Under the pieces are notes generated by a model. The model saw only the letters and a list, made by a program, of their open reading frames with translations, did no database searches and was not told the DNA's origin. Both the position numbers and the translations under genes were made by a program. DNA of 64,000 nt, taken from NCBI GenBank assembly GCA_026025075.1, contig JAPEUI010000030.1, positions 1-64,000 of the forward strand. Direction: 5' to 3'. This DNA is from Vezdaea acicularis (taxonomy: Eukaryota). Shown piece after piece: positions 45,978-59,843 of the stretch (the first letter of the stretch is position 1; every line of letters begins with the position of its first letter).

Positions 45978-46594
45978 CTAACAATCAATCTCGACCTCCA
46001 CATCATCAATGATGTAGGGCTGATCACATCCATTCTCCTGATAGACGACAGCGAAATTCCGGATCCCCTCGAAATCCTTATTGCCCTCCAAATTGACGAT
46101 GCCATTCTTGAAGTTGAACAAGAAGAACGGGGGATTGCTGTCTCCGAACAAGATCACGAAGTTGTTTCCTCCGCCCGCGATGTATAGGCTGTGAACATCG
46201 AAGGTATAGTTCGCGCCAGGAGGGACGGTGATAGCTGAGCGGTGCTGCGGGTTGTTCTGCGGTGGACAGGCGACTTGTTGGGGGTCGTTGTAGGCCGCTG
46301 AAGGGGAGGAGTGCACCGCGAAGGAGTCGTACGGCTTAGGGCCGCCGGGCTGTGGAGTGACGATCTCGAAACCGGGGAAGTCGAGGACCGGATAGCGGGG
46401 TGGCCCGTCAAACTATTATAGTCAGTAAGTCTTTGATTGGTTGGGCCAAGGGGATTAGGTTAGGTACAGACATTAAAAGTGGCGTGCAAATGATTGCACC
46501 TCCCCTCGAGCTCTGCCGATGGGACCGCAACAGCAAGCGCAGTCCCTACCATACCAGCAGCCAGGAGGCTAGAAGCCGTAGCAGAGAACTTCAT
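45978..46594 (-). CDS. Small secreted protein, 185 aa (2 exons)
   Basis: Signal peptide MKFSATASSLLAAGMVGTALA; intron 46413-46471 (GTCTGT..TACTGAC..TAG) joins in frame to the 45978..46316 ORF; 4 Cys. Confidence 0.75.
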
Positions 46595-47764
46595 CTTGAA
46601 TAAGGAAGGTGGAATTAGGTGTGTACTTTACGATAGTACGTGATAGAAGAGCAGATGAATGAGGTTTTTGAGTGCGGCAATGGAACGATAAAGATATTTC
46701 ATCGGAAGATGGACCGTACGAGGACTCATGCTTTATAGAAAACCTCGTAGAGATCCCTGCCAGGGAAGATAAAGGACTCGTGTAACGTCAGATCAGTATC
46801 GCCTCCGAGTTCGTGATCCCGAGGTGATACGAGTGACCCGACAATACATCGGCAATCTGCATTCGTAAATGAGCGGAGAACCCTGATTGTTACGTAGCCC
46901 CTATAGCAATCCTCGACCGCCTAGCATCATCGATGGCATACTGCAGAAGCAAGTCCCTAGGAGCAGCGACACCGAAGCCTATTCAAGGGAACTGTACTCC
47001 AAGACCTCTGTGAGCTACTTTTTGAATCGTGTGACCTTGCCATCGGCGCTCAGGTAGGAACCGCTTATAGTGAACGTGTGATTGGCATAGCCAAGAGAGT
47101 AGATGGAAGAGTCTACGTTGTAGAAAGGGCTGAGGATAAAGGTCGGTATAAGCGGTGAATGGCGGGGTAAGCGGCGCTGATATTGCAAGGGTGGAGGAGA
47201 CGAGGTTGTAGTCGTTGAAATTAGGAAGTCGTCTTGTGACGACCACTCAAAATCGAGTGGATCACTCTAGGAAGCTAGCGGAGGGAATTAGGTACACTCA
47301 CTGGCAATGATAGAAGTCGCAAGGGTATCAACCAAGAGGCTAGTAGTAGTGCAGAACAATTTATTGTAAGAAAGGAAGAAAGAAGTAGGGATCTACTTGA
47401 GCAATAAAAGAGCCCGTAAGAATCTGTGGGTGAAGCCAAGGGCTTGGATGTAGATGCAGATCATTCGGAAGGGGCTTGGAGACACTCAGATCTATATGCA
47501 ACCATATGCGGATTCTCCGTCCGTGCATATGCACGAACGCGTGCCGATGTGACATAAGCTTACCTTTCAGCGGGGTTCATCGGAACTCTTGGCGTTCTTG
47601 ATTCGCTTGGACAAGCCCCGTCTTTTCGAATGTTTCACAGTTCGGACCAGGGCGTTGCATTTGCAGGTCTGCTCTGGGGTAATCTTTGTCTTGGGAATTT
47701 CATTATGTCCATACCATATCTCAATTCAATACCGCTAGTATCGCCCTAGAAAGCTGTACAATGA

Positions 47765-50700
47765 TCATACGGCATCGGAACTTATTCCGTTTAGGTCGCC
47801 ATTAATCCCGAAGAATTGAAACCTGCGTCGAATCCTTGAAGTCAGCTTCGCTTCTCCATAAAATGCGGGCTCACTTAAAGAGGCGATCAGCCAACGGAAC
47901 GAGAGATGATTACTTACCAGTCCTCAACATTCAACGTTGTCGGCACTGCTGCCTGTCCTTTCGATGAATTACTCCAGCTATCCTCCGGGCTACCCATATC
48001 ACCCCCCGTCATACCTCCGAATCCCGTGTCGAACTGGTTGGGCCAGCCATAGCCTAATGTCCCTACTCCACCCTGTATTCCTTGCATTGGACTCTGAGGG
48101 CCCCCAGGCAACTTTGATGCTTGATTTTGTTGTTGTTGCTGTTGCATCTGCTGCTGGTTTAGTTGCATTTGCTGCACCAAACCTTGCTGGCTCATTCCTA
48201 TACCGGTTGGAGTTCGCTGTTGCGTGATGGTGGGGTCAATCTGCTGATTCGGTGATGCATTCCAGGAGGGCACAGAAATATTGGCGCCCGTCCCTTCAGG
48301 AAAGAGCTGATCCGGCTGGAAGTTCTCGAAGAGACTCTGGCTGATAGGTGGGGAATTCCGCGTTACGAGGAAGAGGTCTGGTGGGGTTGCAGGCACGGAG
48401 AAACTCGGGTTAAAGGGTGTGGGCGGACGCGTGTTCGAGCGAGAGCTACCTGCTCCCATGTATGCGTCAGCTGAGGTCCGTAGCGCGGGTGAGGTATTGT
48501 TGGGCGGTGCTGCCATGAGAGGTGGCTGGCCGAGGTCACGGGAGGGAGTAACAGCAGGGGTTTGCGGCCGAGAGCGCTCGTAGGAGACTTGCGGCGCTGG
48601 AGGACCATTGGAAAAGCCCAATTCCATATCGTCGAATTTGCGCTTCGAGGGCTCTGATTGAGTGGGATTTTCGCCACGTTTGGAGATCGATGCTTGGGCG
48701 GTGTGGCGGTGCGTTTTGTTGTGCCGCTTTCCAGCCGCTTTCTGTAGCCGTTCTTCAAGGACCTTGTTGCCTAGGATAGATTCGAAGAGCGTGTGGACCA
48801 TCTTAGCAACGAGCCAAACTTTAGAAACATCTTTAAGAGCATTCATGCAGACTTGAAGTCGCTCTTGGGTAGCAGTAACAATTGATGGAATCGAGGACCG
48901 CATTTGATAGACGTGCATGATGAGGGCGGAGAAGAGGCTGTATACAATGAAGGCAGGGCAGTAACGGAGCTCATCATGTGCTGAGAGGTTTTCGATTATT
49001 GATGTTATCATGCCGGCAGCTTGGAATGCAATATTGCGAGAAGGATATGTGGAATCGTCTGGAAAGCCGTTCTTCTGCCCACCCATATGAGTTGTTGCAG
49101 GTGGCATATGAGCTCGATGGAGTAGACATAACGTCGTGCTACATATTGTCAGGCGCGTCATGAGAAGAATACCGTGATACTCACTAATAGTTCGAATGCA
49201 ATAAAGCAGGCCAGAAGTGATGCCTTCTTGGGTCCCACAAAATCTCGCGAGGGCAGTTCCGCAGCCAATCTGCAAGGGCCATGTCGCTGTGGGTGAGGTC
49301 GATTGCGTTCGTTCTCCTCGCTTTCGAGGCCACAGAGTATTGCTGTGACAAGACAAGACCCATTATTTCGCAAAGCTTTACGTATTGGAGGAAGAACTGA
49401 ATGTGCAAAGGATCTGGTGGGTATTCGCTCGGACTCCCTGTTTCCTCGTCGATGAAATCATCCTCACAAACCATCTCGACATCGGAGTCGTCTGTATTGA
49501 TATGAACAGGCCGACCAAGCGCTACAGCAACTGACCGATCTCTTGTAAATAGAGTCCACCAGATTCGTTTCCAGAGCCTCTTATCTGATCGGCTAAGCTG
49601 GGAGCCTTCAACGCTCCGATGCATTCCAGATCCCTGCGCTACGATTGTTGCAACTCTAGTCCAATAAAATACGTTCTTTGTCACATCTAAATTCTTGTCA
49701 GTAAATTGAATACATGAAAAAAATACTTGGCCTTACCCTCAGGTCCTTCCCAGTACCAACCCATCAAAACCAGCGCCTGAACTATGGTAACCCGGTCGTC
49801 TTCATAATTTGCATCGTACAGCGCTTTTGCTCTCTTGTAAAAAGTCATCGCCGCAGGTGTGGTGGAGCCATTAGCATCCATCAATTGAGGGTTTGTGCAC
49901 ACTCTGGAACCAGCCAAGAGCATAGCCTGCAGTAGCAACAGTGAAGGGGGATTCTTTGAATCTCGATATCGACGCATGAAGCGGGTCTTGTTAATGACAG
50001 GGACCACAGGAGCAACCCATTTGAAAAATGACTCGATGAGCTCATCGCACAATACCCGCGGTGGCAACAAGAAGGCTCCTCTTTGATGTAAGATGTCAAT
50101 CTCGACATTGTCCAGCTCTGTCAATCGGGCCTGAGGTCCACGCACCGTCTCTGGCAGTGGATAATGGACAACGTCTGTAGTCCCGTGACGATCATGAACT
50201 AGGAGCGATAGGTTGGACGACTCTCCTAGATACGCCACTCGCCCGGCTTCTTTGATGGGTGCCCTTGCAAACTTAGGTTTCATAAACTGAACGTATGTCG
50301 AGTTTTGACATGCCTGCTGAGCGATCTGGTCCTCGGACAACGACGTGATGGGTGTGCCATCCTCAGAGTTGACTTGCACGCTTGGTTGGACAATGCCACT
50401 CCGCTGATGTGTGAAAGAACCTGGTGACTCCGCTCCGGGGGACCTCTCGATTGTATCTCCTCGATCACTAGTTTATCCACATTAGCACGAGGATGGTAAT
50501 CATCTCGCGAACTTGGGGCTCAAAACCGTACCTGTCTGAGTCCTTGGTGCGTGCTCCTGCTCCTTGTGGTTTCTTCCTCTTTGGTGCCGGAATTCGACAC
50601 TCGATAGAAAACGCGACGCAATTCGTGCACGGCACACCTAGGCTTGCAGCGTCGCAACGCACCTAAATCGTGAAAGGTCATGTCAGTCGACCATCGCAAT

Positions 50701-51052
50701 CATCGGACCACTCGGGGCAGGGATCTGCATCATCGTGAAAGAGCCTCACCTTTCGCGCGTGGCAGGTCTGCGATCACCAGGAACGATTAGCAAAAAGATC
50801 CCGAGGTGCCGAGGTTCGTCAGCTCCACGTCGAATAAAAACGTACCTCACACGCACGAGAAGCACGTTGTCTAGTGGGGCCGAGTCAGTTTGGGTTTCTC
50901 TTTGCCTACTATGGTTCGCACTGAAGCTATTCTCACCTCCTGAAACTTGGATGCCCTGGAGTCTGCGAATTGGGTGCGGCGGTAGCATTCGGAGGCGGTC
51001 CACCACTACCATGTTGCGGACGGTTTGCGGGCGCAATGTTCTCGTTGGTCAT
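47765..51052 (-). CDS. farA: Zn2Cys6 transcription factor FarA / cutinase transcription factor 1-alpha
   Basis: GHPSFRR|QRASRACE|TCHARK|VRCDAASLGVPCTNCVAFSIEC assembled over micro-exons; fungal TF middle domain (GMHRSVE, KRIWWTLFTRDR); poly-Q; C-terminal LNVEDWFQFFG. Confidence 0.9.
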
Positions 51053-51805
51053 TGCCACTGAATACAGAGAGGCCTCAAGCAAGAGTCGCAGTCATAGAGA
51101 AAGGACAGATCAGATGGCAAGGGAATGCGGCCGAGTCTTGATGTTATATTCGGGCAGCGTCGGTCAAGGAGCAAGACCGGGTCGATGAGATGGCTTGTGC
51201 AGGCAGAGATGTTCGTTCGGCTGTCTTGCGGGAATGAGGCGCGTGCCTTCTGGTGACCACGGATCTGGGGATGCCCCAAGCGAACAGCTGCAAGATGCTA
51301 GAGACTGGGAGCGCAACGACGCCACCTTCAAAGATTCCAGGCTTTCGCGCAGGCTATCTGTCATCAACAGCTGTGTGAGATGCGCGGCCGACATTCCTTT
51401 TTGAAACCATCCGCCACACCGCGGGCACAAGCAATCCATCAAAGGCGACAAACTTGGTCTGTGCCCTTACCCAGCTGCCCTCTTAGGAACAGAGCACCGT
51501 CTAAACTATAGGACGGGGCTGTCGTAGCTGCAGCCTTTGCCGGTAGTCATCTGGGATATTGCCTGTTTCACTTTCGAATCTGAAGCATTATCTCGGTCTT
51601 ATCACGACCAGCTTGCTAAGGACGAGTGGCGGCGCATTTCGCAAAAGCGCTCTCGTCAAAAAGCCTGGTCCAGCCTTATTTCATCCCCTCGGATGTCGCC
51701 TTCCAGAATACATTCGGAAGGGCCAGGGCTTCCTGGAAACCTCATCATTCGCTAAATGAATCCCTCCTACATTTTTTCATTTACGAAAACATTTTCTCCT
51801 TTCAT

Positions 51806-54800
51806 CTATCCATTCTTGTGAACCAACTTTGCCATATCCTCAATTCTCGGCTTTAGAGTGTCCTTGCCATTATCCGTGTTGTCTACGACATCCAGTCCGC
51901 GCACGAACAACTCGCTCACAAACTCGAGACCTGCTACAAATACACATAGCAAGCTTGCAATGCAGAAATGGCTGATAGTAGTTCCAATATCAAGCCAGCT
52001 GCCTTCATCTTTCACCATATAGAAAAAGTTAAGTGTTAGGACATCGCTGATCGCCATGACAAGCACAAATAGCGCTGAGGGCGCAACTCCGAGTCTTCGA
52101 TTGAGGATGCCTAGGTTAGCACTCAGGATTGCGAAGGGAATCATAAGTTTTAAGATAAGCAGCGCTCCTTGAGAAAAAGGATCGAAGACCGGAATGAGGC
52201 GGTAGACACTTTCTAGTGAAAATGAGGAGACCGATGCAATATTGCCGGTGCTGAAGAAAGCAGACTGTAGGAGGAAGAAGAAGAATAGCGCTATTCGGGC
52301 ATCTGACAGCGTGAGTGCGCGGTATTTCTCAGCAGCTGTCGCGGGAGACCTGGGAGGCTTGTTTCTAGACCCGTTCGACCGAGGTGCTTCCGAGCAAATG
52401 TGCCGATACACATGATACTCGAGTCGAACCCAAGTCACAAGAATGGCGCAGAAGGCTATGTAGAACAGCCCTTCATAGGATATGGTGAGAATGATGAAGA
52501 CTGGAGAAAATGTGAGGAATACAATGACGAGACGGTGAAGGTAGTTATTTATAGGTTGTAGACCGTGGAGGAAAGGGACTGCCAAAGATGTGACTGTTCC
52601 ATATAGTTTAGTATCGCCAGCAGAAGGGCTTGGAAAGCTATCACGAACCAAGCACCAGCCAACCAACAATCTGCGTTCCAAGAGGCAGACCCTGTTTCGC
52701 CTGCAACGAGATTGCGCTGGACCTGGTAACAGCCATTGCTAGTCCAATGAGTCCAGTCTAGTGACGCCGCGTTAGTCCCAGCTTAATGAAAATTCAGGGG
52801 TTATTGTTTACTTGTGCTCCGATAACGAGTCGCGCAATTCCATTCGCGTTTGCGGAGACAGAGGCCTCCTCCTCCTCCCTTGGTTTGGGCGCCACCAGTA
52901 TGTCTTTTTGGTAGATCAAATATACAATACCAACTAGAAGCATCAAGAATCCACCAATAAGGCTATGACTGTGTCAGCAGATTTAAGTGAAGGATAGGAG
53001 CCTGCTCTGAGCTGAAAGTAGGATAGTAGCGACTCACATCAGGTTCACGCTCTCTACTTTCACAACTGGTAGGAGTGTGAAGGTGCTCATAAAGAAGCAC
53101 GCAATAGCCCAAGTACCGACAAGAACGCCATGCTGCTTGACGAACTCCTGTCCATAAAACACCGGCCAGAACGCGGCAAGTAGAAAGAAGAATGTGAAAA
53201 TTTCGCGGTGGAAATAGGCTTGGACCTGGTCGCGAACATAGTCATCAGCTTGCTTCAACTCTGAGTAAGGCTATGCACACTTACCATCGCTTCGAGTGTA
53301 CAGACAAAAGCAAGCGATTTCAAAGCCACTGAGAACTTTTGCGAAGGAGAGTTGAGATTGCGAAACAATGCTTTCCCCCCTCCTTGTAGGGCGTTTCTCC
53401 GCGCATAAACCTCCTCCCAGAAAAAGATAGGGAAAATGGCGTATGCATAGTATGTCAATGGTGATTTCTGGACCGCCAAGACCGCGAAGAGACCCACGCC
53501 AGCGGAACTGAAAGCAATCGTTGTAGAGAGGGTCCTTGAAGTCTCGGTTTCGCCTTCAAGGACGTAGAGGTCGATAACAAAAGTAAGAGCAAAGGCAATC
53601 CACCCCAGGTACCCTAAAGTCACAAGGGCTCTTAAGAATAGCCAATCATAAGTTTGAAGATACCTGAGCCCATCCAAGCCAAGATTCAGTAATTGATGTG
53701 CCTTTGCAATCGCTTCTTCAGGACTGCCCCCTTTGATGAGCTTTGATATTTCATCGATGCGGTGTTCGACGGACATTTCCTTATCGCTTAAGGGTGGAAA
53801 GGGCTGGTAGCGAAGAACAGACGACTTCTTGTGCTCTTCTTTGACGCGATACATTTCAAGGATACCCTTCGTATTTGCAAGAGCTGCCTGGGCCTTGACT
53901 TGTGGAGAAGCTGCCAGGTAGTCTAGAGGAAGCTCACCAACGGAATTGACAGGGAATTCAAGTCCCGCCAAGTAGGCCATCAACGCTGCGATGTCGGCTT
54001 GTGAAACATCATGCCTTGCTACGTGGTCTAATCCCCAGTCTGATGAAAAGCCATCCTCGTGCCCCGCTGCCTTCTTTCCCCTTGACGCAATTACTGGTTT
54101 TGCAACACCAGAACCCCAAACAATCAAGGGTGTTCGCGTGTTGTCAGGATGCCCGTCACCATGACTTCCCCAATCACTCATGCCATGATCAGCTGTAAAT
54201 ACGTAACTGGTCTTACCATCACCGTAGAAGCTCTCCACTAGCTGAGTGATCTGTTGGACCCCCTTATCGACAATTTTAATATTGTTTAGATATTCAGGAG
54301 AATAGGGGCGATACGCGTGGCCAGTGGTATCCAGCCCAAGTAAATGCAGAAAGAAAACAAGCTTGTCCTGCCTCAGCATCGCGTCTAAGGTTGAGTTAGT
54401 CGCAGCTGACGCGAAGAAAGCGTTCACTTTGTCGAAGACCCAGGTATCCAATTGTGTAGCATCTTGTGTGTAGTCCTCCGCTTCCTCACCATAAACGTCC
54501 GCATCGACTCGTCCAGGCACCGCCCCCTCTTTGAACATGGGTAAGATATCTGGACTTCCCCAACTCCAGGTATGCTTGCTCCTATTGAAGACGCTGTCGA
54601 AGTTGACTGGGTTGAGTTTCCAGCCCGTCGTTACGGACGAGACATCCTCGTAGAGCCCGGCAATTAGGGCCACATGACCTGGTCGTGACTCTGTAGGTAC
54701 TCGGGTATGAGAAACTCCAAAGGTACCCTGCGAAAGGACACGAGAGCGAAGGAACGGAGCGAGAGGTCGCGGGTCGAGAGCTTTTGGGTCAGAGGGCTCG

Positions 54801-55103
54801 GCTGGGGAAGGATCTGGAAAAGATTGAAAAGCCTTATCAGCTCTCAATCCATCACCTATGTAATGGCGAGAGTCAGCGCACTAATTTCTAAAGCCGAAGG
54901 GGCGACAAGCTCCAGGAGAGCTCACCAACGAACAGAACCAGTCTCTTTGATGGTGCCTCGCTCCCGTCTTGTCTGTCCACGCCATACTCTCTCATACCAC
55001 TGACGATCGGAGACACAAAGTAAATGTCGAAAATCGAAAATATATAAACTATATGAAAGACGACCGCGATGGCCAAGAATCCAAAGCGACCGAGGCGCGC
55101 CAT
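51806..55103 (-). CDS. MCD4: GPI ethanolamine phosphate transferase 1 (PIG-N)
   Basis: RLVLFVGDGLRADK, TRVPTESRPGHVALIAG, FLHLLGLDTTGH, TADHGMSDWGSHGDG, EGSWLDIGTTISHF; 5 introns; multi-TM C-terminal half. Confidence 0.96.
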
Positions 55104-55775
55104 GTTGAAGTTGCAGCTTGACGTGTCGTGAGCAACGATGTTCGGCGCAACTTAAGGCACTGCTATGTTTTCCATCTGGGGGGTCGTTGGAGACACAAGT
55201 GTTGAGAGACAGTATTTAAAGGAGTGACATGCGAACCGTCAAAAAGTGACAGAAGCGCAGAAATCGACGTAAGTAAATGAAGGAGAGAGAGAGAATGGCA
55301 CTCCAGATCGATTCGATTTGGAGATCGGAGTCGTGGCTTTGGCTGCGGACAATTTACACGAACTGAGAAAAGTTTCTTGCCGACCAAAATCCCAGCTCTC
55401 GATTCCACCCGTTGAGAGCCCCCTGAACTGGCCTGACATGGAACTCCTCTGACGAGCACACGCTACAGACTACTTCGAGACGAGAATTTTAGCTCTCATA
55501 TATATGATTCAACTAGGTTTAGGCGATAGTTACAACATGTTCATTCTGACATTTCATTCACGTGGTAGGGCAATTGGTTAGGGTCTCTGTGCGACAACTC
55601 CTTAACGCCATCACCCCTTTCCCCAAGCTACGAAGCCATCGAGCTCCCTCACCTCACAAGATAGCAAACACCAACTACCCCCTAAACTAGATGTAGAGAA
55701 TCCAAAGTATCTTCATGACAGAGACGTTGGTGCCATGTAGGAAGATTTGCGGAACGTGACAATATTCTAAATTCT

Positions 55776-57409
55776 TTACTTCGCCTCCTTGGTTAACGTT
55801 TGTACCACCCTTGAATAAAACATGCCAGCTTTTTCTCGAGGGAATGTGATTTCTTCCGTCAAGTAGTCTGGAAGGAGTTCGATGAGAGCTTTATCACGGC
55901 TCTCGTCAATGAGCGGCGTATAATGGCATTCGGTTTGCTCAAAGCTTTCAGTGCTGTCGTTATCAATGGCAAGTTTAAAGTGCAGGGCTATGATGGTCTT
56001 AGCTAGCGGAACGTATAACATGTTTAATAGCTTGAATCACTCACTTCCATTCCTGCCAGTTTGGAGACAGTCATAGACGTCTGCATTATCTTCCTTTTTG
56101 ACATTTCTCAGTATCAGGCCAGTCAGATCACCGTATAAATCTTCTTTAAGCGCAGCCATCTGCGCGGCCTGCGCGGCCTCGGCGCTACCAATCATGACTG
56201 TTCGTCCGCCATTTGGTTTTGCCGCACTTCCAAGAACCCTCGACTCAGAGCTTTGGATCGTGGACTTTGTGTTTCGGGTAGCCGCAAGTTTTGCCGAGAG
56301 CGTTCGATTCTCACTTTGAGCCTCTGAAAGTGCCATGGTTAGAGAAGTGATCTCCATATTCGCTTTATTTTGAACAGCCTCTGCTTGCGCTAATTCTTGC
56401 CGCAACGATCGCGCTTCCCTGGCTAAAGCTGTTTGTGCAGCAAGCTCTCTCTTCAGCGATAGAATCAGCTCATTCGTGGCTACTTCTGGTTAGCAATTAT
56501 TCTGTAGGATAAATAAATGTAGCACTCACCCTTTGTCTTTGCGTCCACTTGATTCCTTAACCTATCAAAGTTTACCTCTGATTCTTTCACACCAACTTCA
56601 CGGAGGTTACGGTATTTGAGATCTAAGTTCTCAAACTTCTTCGTCACCTCTCCAAGTTTGCGCCTCGTTGCAGGATCGTTGCTAGAGCGTTCCGTATCAG
56701 ATGCGCTACCAGCTCGCCTTCGTGTAAGGGATGGTTGACGAATTTGAGAAGTAGAGATAGTCTGCTTGCCCTTGAAGCTTTTGAGGGGTCTTGGTGTTGG
56801 CTCTTCGGGTTGAAGTTCTTCGAAAGAGGCTGGTTCATCTGGCTGGGCTTCCGCAGTCCTCTCATGGCGCGATTTCTCTGCTGGAAGCGCTCGAGATGCA
56901 TTCGATCGCCCAGTATCAACTAATTGCTTTCCATGTTGTTTAGAACTTGTTGTAGCTTGCCTTTGGACAGTTGGATCTGGCTTTGGCTTTGAGGGTCGAC
57001 CTCTTTTGGGTTGCACCTTCATCAATGACTCTTCGAGCTCGTCACCTGATAAAGGCCGCTGCAATACAGACTCTTCCTGCCCGTGAGTGTCAATATATCC
57101 TTCAGAATCACTTGCCAGATGCTGATTCTCTTGCTTCCACAAAATTTCTCTCTTCGTGGTTCTTGGCTTTCGGCCAGCGTTCGTAGACTTGATCGAAACC
57201 ACAGGGCCTCTCTCGTTTGCCTGCTGTGATGGCGCCTCTCCTTTGGCGACATTTCTAGCGCTGGTTTTCGGACGACCTCGGGCTCTTTTGGTTGGTGCTA
57301 CATTTTCGGAGTCTGGCGTGAGCATCATGCCTCCGTCGTGGTAGCTCTCCCCTTCTGACTCCGAACCTACAAAGCCGGAAAGCGAGGTAGCAAAATGCCG
57401 GTTAGCCAT
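55776..57409 (-). CDS. Monopolin subunit Csm1/Pcs1-like
   Basis: AT-hook-like RGRP motifs, coiled coil, C-terminal LKEDLYGDLTGL...YDCLQTGRNG|TLHFKL...HYTPL...LPDYLTEEITF...FY; 2 introns. Confidence 0.85.
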
Positions 57410-57739
57410 CTCTAGTAGTACAACAAGCTTCGTAACTTTTGTGCATCAAAATCTATTCACTGGGAATGTTGCAGGTACAAATCCACTAGGCGCATCATGC
57501 TTGAGGTGTGGGGATTGCTGGTGTCGCGTGTTTTGTTTACAATGACTGCGCTTTGGGACTTTGTAGGTCACCGAAAAATTTACGGTGATCGTCTCGGCTA
57601 CATTAGGCAAATGACGCTTCGTTTGAGGCGACAAGTATTTAGACACTACCACGTATACTACACGATACGTTCTCAAAGACATCTTCTCATTGACATATTG
57701 CACTTAGCCGGGGGCTCAACTTTATAGCAGTCCCATAAG

Positions 57740-59190
57740 ATGGCGGAGAGCTCCGGCAAGAAGATGAGGCTCTTGCAAGAGCTCTTAATTATGGCGATTG
57801 CGGTGTGTCTTTACCCTGTCCAATCTATACGCGTTCGCATCGCATATTCGGGCGCGTGGACTGATGGTTTCGAACCGTATAGCCGGTCTCAATGTACTTC
57901 GTTGTTAAATATGGCCTTACTTTCTTGGAACACCGCCTGGATCCTGAAGCAGAAAAGAAAGCGGAGGCTCGTAAGAAGTCGGCTGCGATGCTTCGAAGGA
58001 TAGGATACGGTCGGGATGCAGAAACCTCAGAAAGTGAGGAAGAAGAGGGGCCAAGACGGCCTAGGAAAGAAGACCTCATCCTCAACACTTATGAACAGGC
58101 TATAGCAATGGACCTGGTCGCCCCCGAAGACATACCAATAACGTTCAACGGTACGCATAACAGTGATAACGGTCCCTGGACTAGCTAGGCGTCAACGAAG
58201 CCCCTGAATTGCTGACCCGAACATACTTTGTAGACATTGGAGGTCTAGATACAATCATTGAAGAACTCAAAGAATCTGTTATCTATCCACTCACACTTCC
58301 CCACCTATATTCCAGAACTTCATCTCTTCTATCGGCGCCGTCGGGTGTCCTTCTCTATGGCCCGCCAGGTTGTGGCAAGACTATGCTAGCAAAAGCGCTG
58401 GCACATGAGAGTGGCGCATGCTTCATCAATCTGCACATATCTACATTGACAGAAAAGTGGTACGGAGATTCGAATAAGCTGGTGAACGCCGTTTTTTCCC
58501 TCGCGAGGAAACTGCAGCCAAGCATAGTCTTTATTGATGAGATTGATGCAGTCTTGGGAACTCGAAGGTCAGGAGAGCATGAGGCTAGTGGAATGGTGAA
58601 AGCGGAGTAAGGTTAATCTCAGTCTTGCTCTTGAAACATCTCGCTAATCTGTTAATTGTAGGTTCATGACCCATTGGGATGGATTAACCTCTTCCACTAC
58701 TTCAGGCGACCCACAGCGGATATGTATCCTTGGTGCAACTAATCGTATTCAGGATATCGATGAGGCTATTCTTCGTCGAATGCCTAAGAAGTTCCCCGTC
58801 AACCTACCGTCTGCCCTGCAGAGACGGCGCATCCTGCGGCTTGTTCTCAAAGACACCCGTATCGATCCCCCCAAGTTTGACGAGGACATTCTGGTTAGTG
58901 CTACGGCAGGTTTATCAGGCAGCGACATAAAGGAAGCGTGTAGGGATGCCGCTATGGTCCCTGTGAGGGAATTCATAAGATCGAAAAAGGAGAGGGGAGA
59001 ATCAATGAACGGCCTGGACACACGAGACGTCAGAGGGCTAAGAACTGAGGACTTCTTTGGAAGAAGTGGGACTGCTCCTCTCAGAAATTACGCCGAGCAT
59101 GCCGCGACAAAGTCAAGTTCGCGAGAGTCTTTATACGAAACCGACAGCGAGCTCGGGGATGCGGAGCCAATTTCAGCGGAGAATCATTAG
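57740..59190 (+). CDS. MSP1: Membrane-anchored AAA ATPase Msp1/ATAD1
   Basis: N-terminal [55 protein letters not shown]; 3 introns. Confidence 0.95.
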
Positions 59191-59843
59191 ACAATTGACG
59201 ACTTCTGTATATCACTTCCTAATACCATCTACGATCAAGCATTACAAAGGAGTTTAGGATTTTCAAGAAACGTTAGAGGTTGGGTAACGTATATTTTCTT
59301 TCATCTCATCTACTGTTACTCTGGTGTGTTCTCTTCACGCCCACAACTAGCCTGCCCAATGAAAGGCTACCGAGTATGCGGGTTCAGCGCATCTAGCTTT
59401 GACTGTAGCTCCTTACGTACAGATATATAGATAGCATCACGTAACCTCAAGCAAACTTGCACAATTCTTTGAAAGACAGGCCTGAGTAGTTCGATACGCA
59501 GCCCATATTCCGCGCAATTTTGTCGTGATACCAACCTCGTACTAGCGTCCGCGAACATGTGGGGTGAAATGCAGGGGATACCCTTCTCAAAGCTATCACG
59601 CCATCCACCCACACCAAACTCTTTCGAGTCGGTGTGCAGACCGCAAGTATGTCTGAGGTTTTGAGATAAATCTTCTCTAACTCATTTCCTAAACTCAAAA
59701 GCTAGCGATTACACCTAAGCTTTCAGTTGTGCTACCAAACAGCCTCAATCCCAAAAGCTTGGAAGGTTCCTTCTCAATCATTGCGCATCATTATCTATTC
59801 TGAAGGCACGCCATAGAACGGGCGGTTTTGTTCTTCTTTTGCT

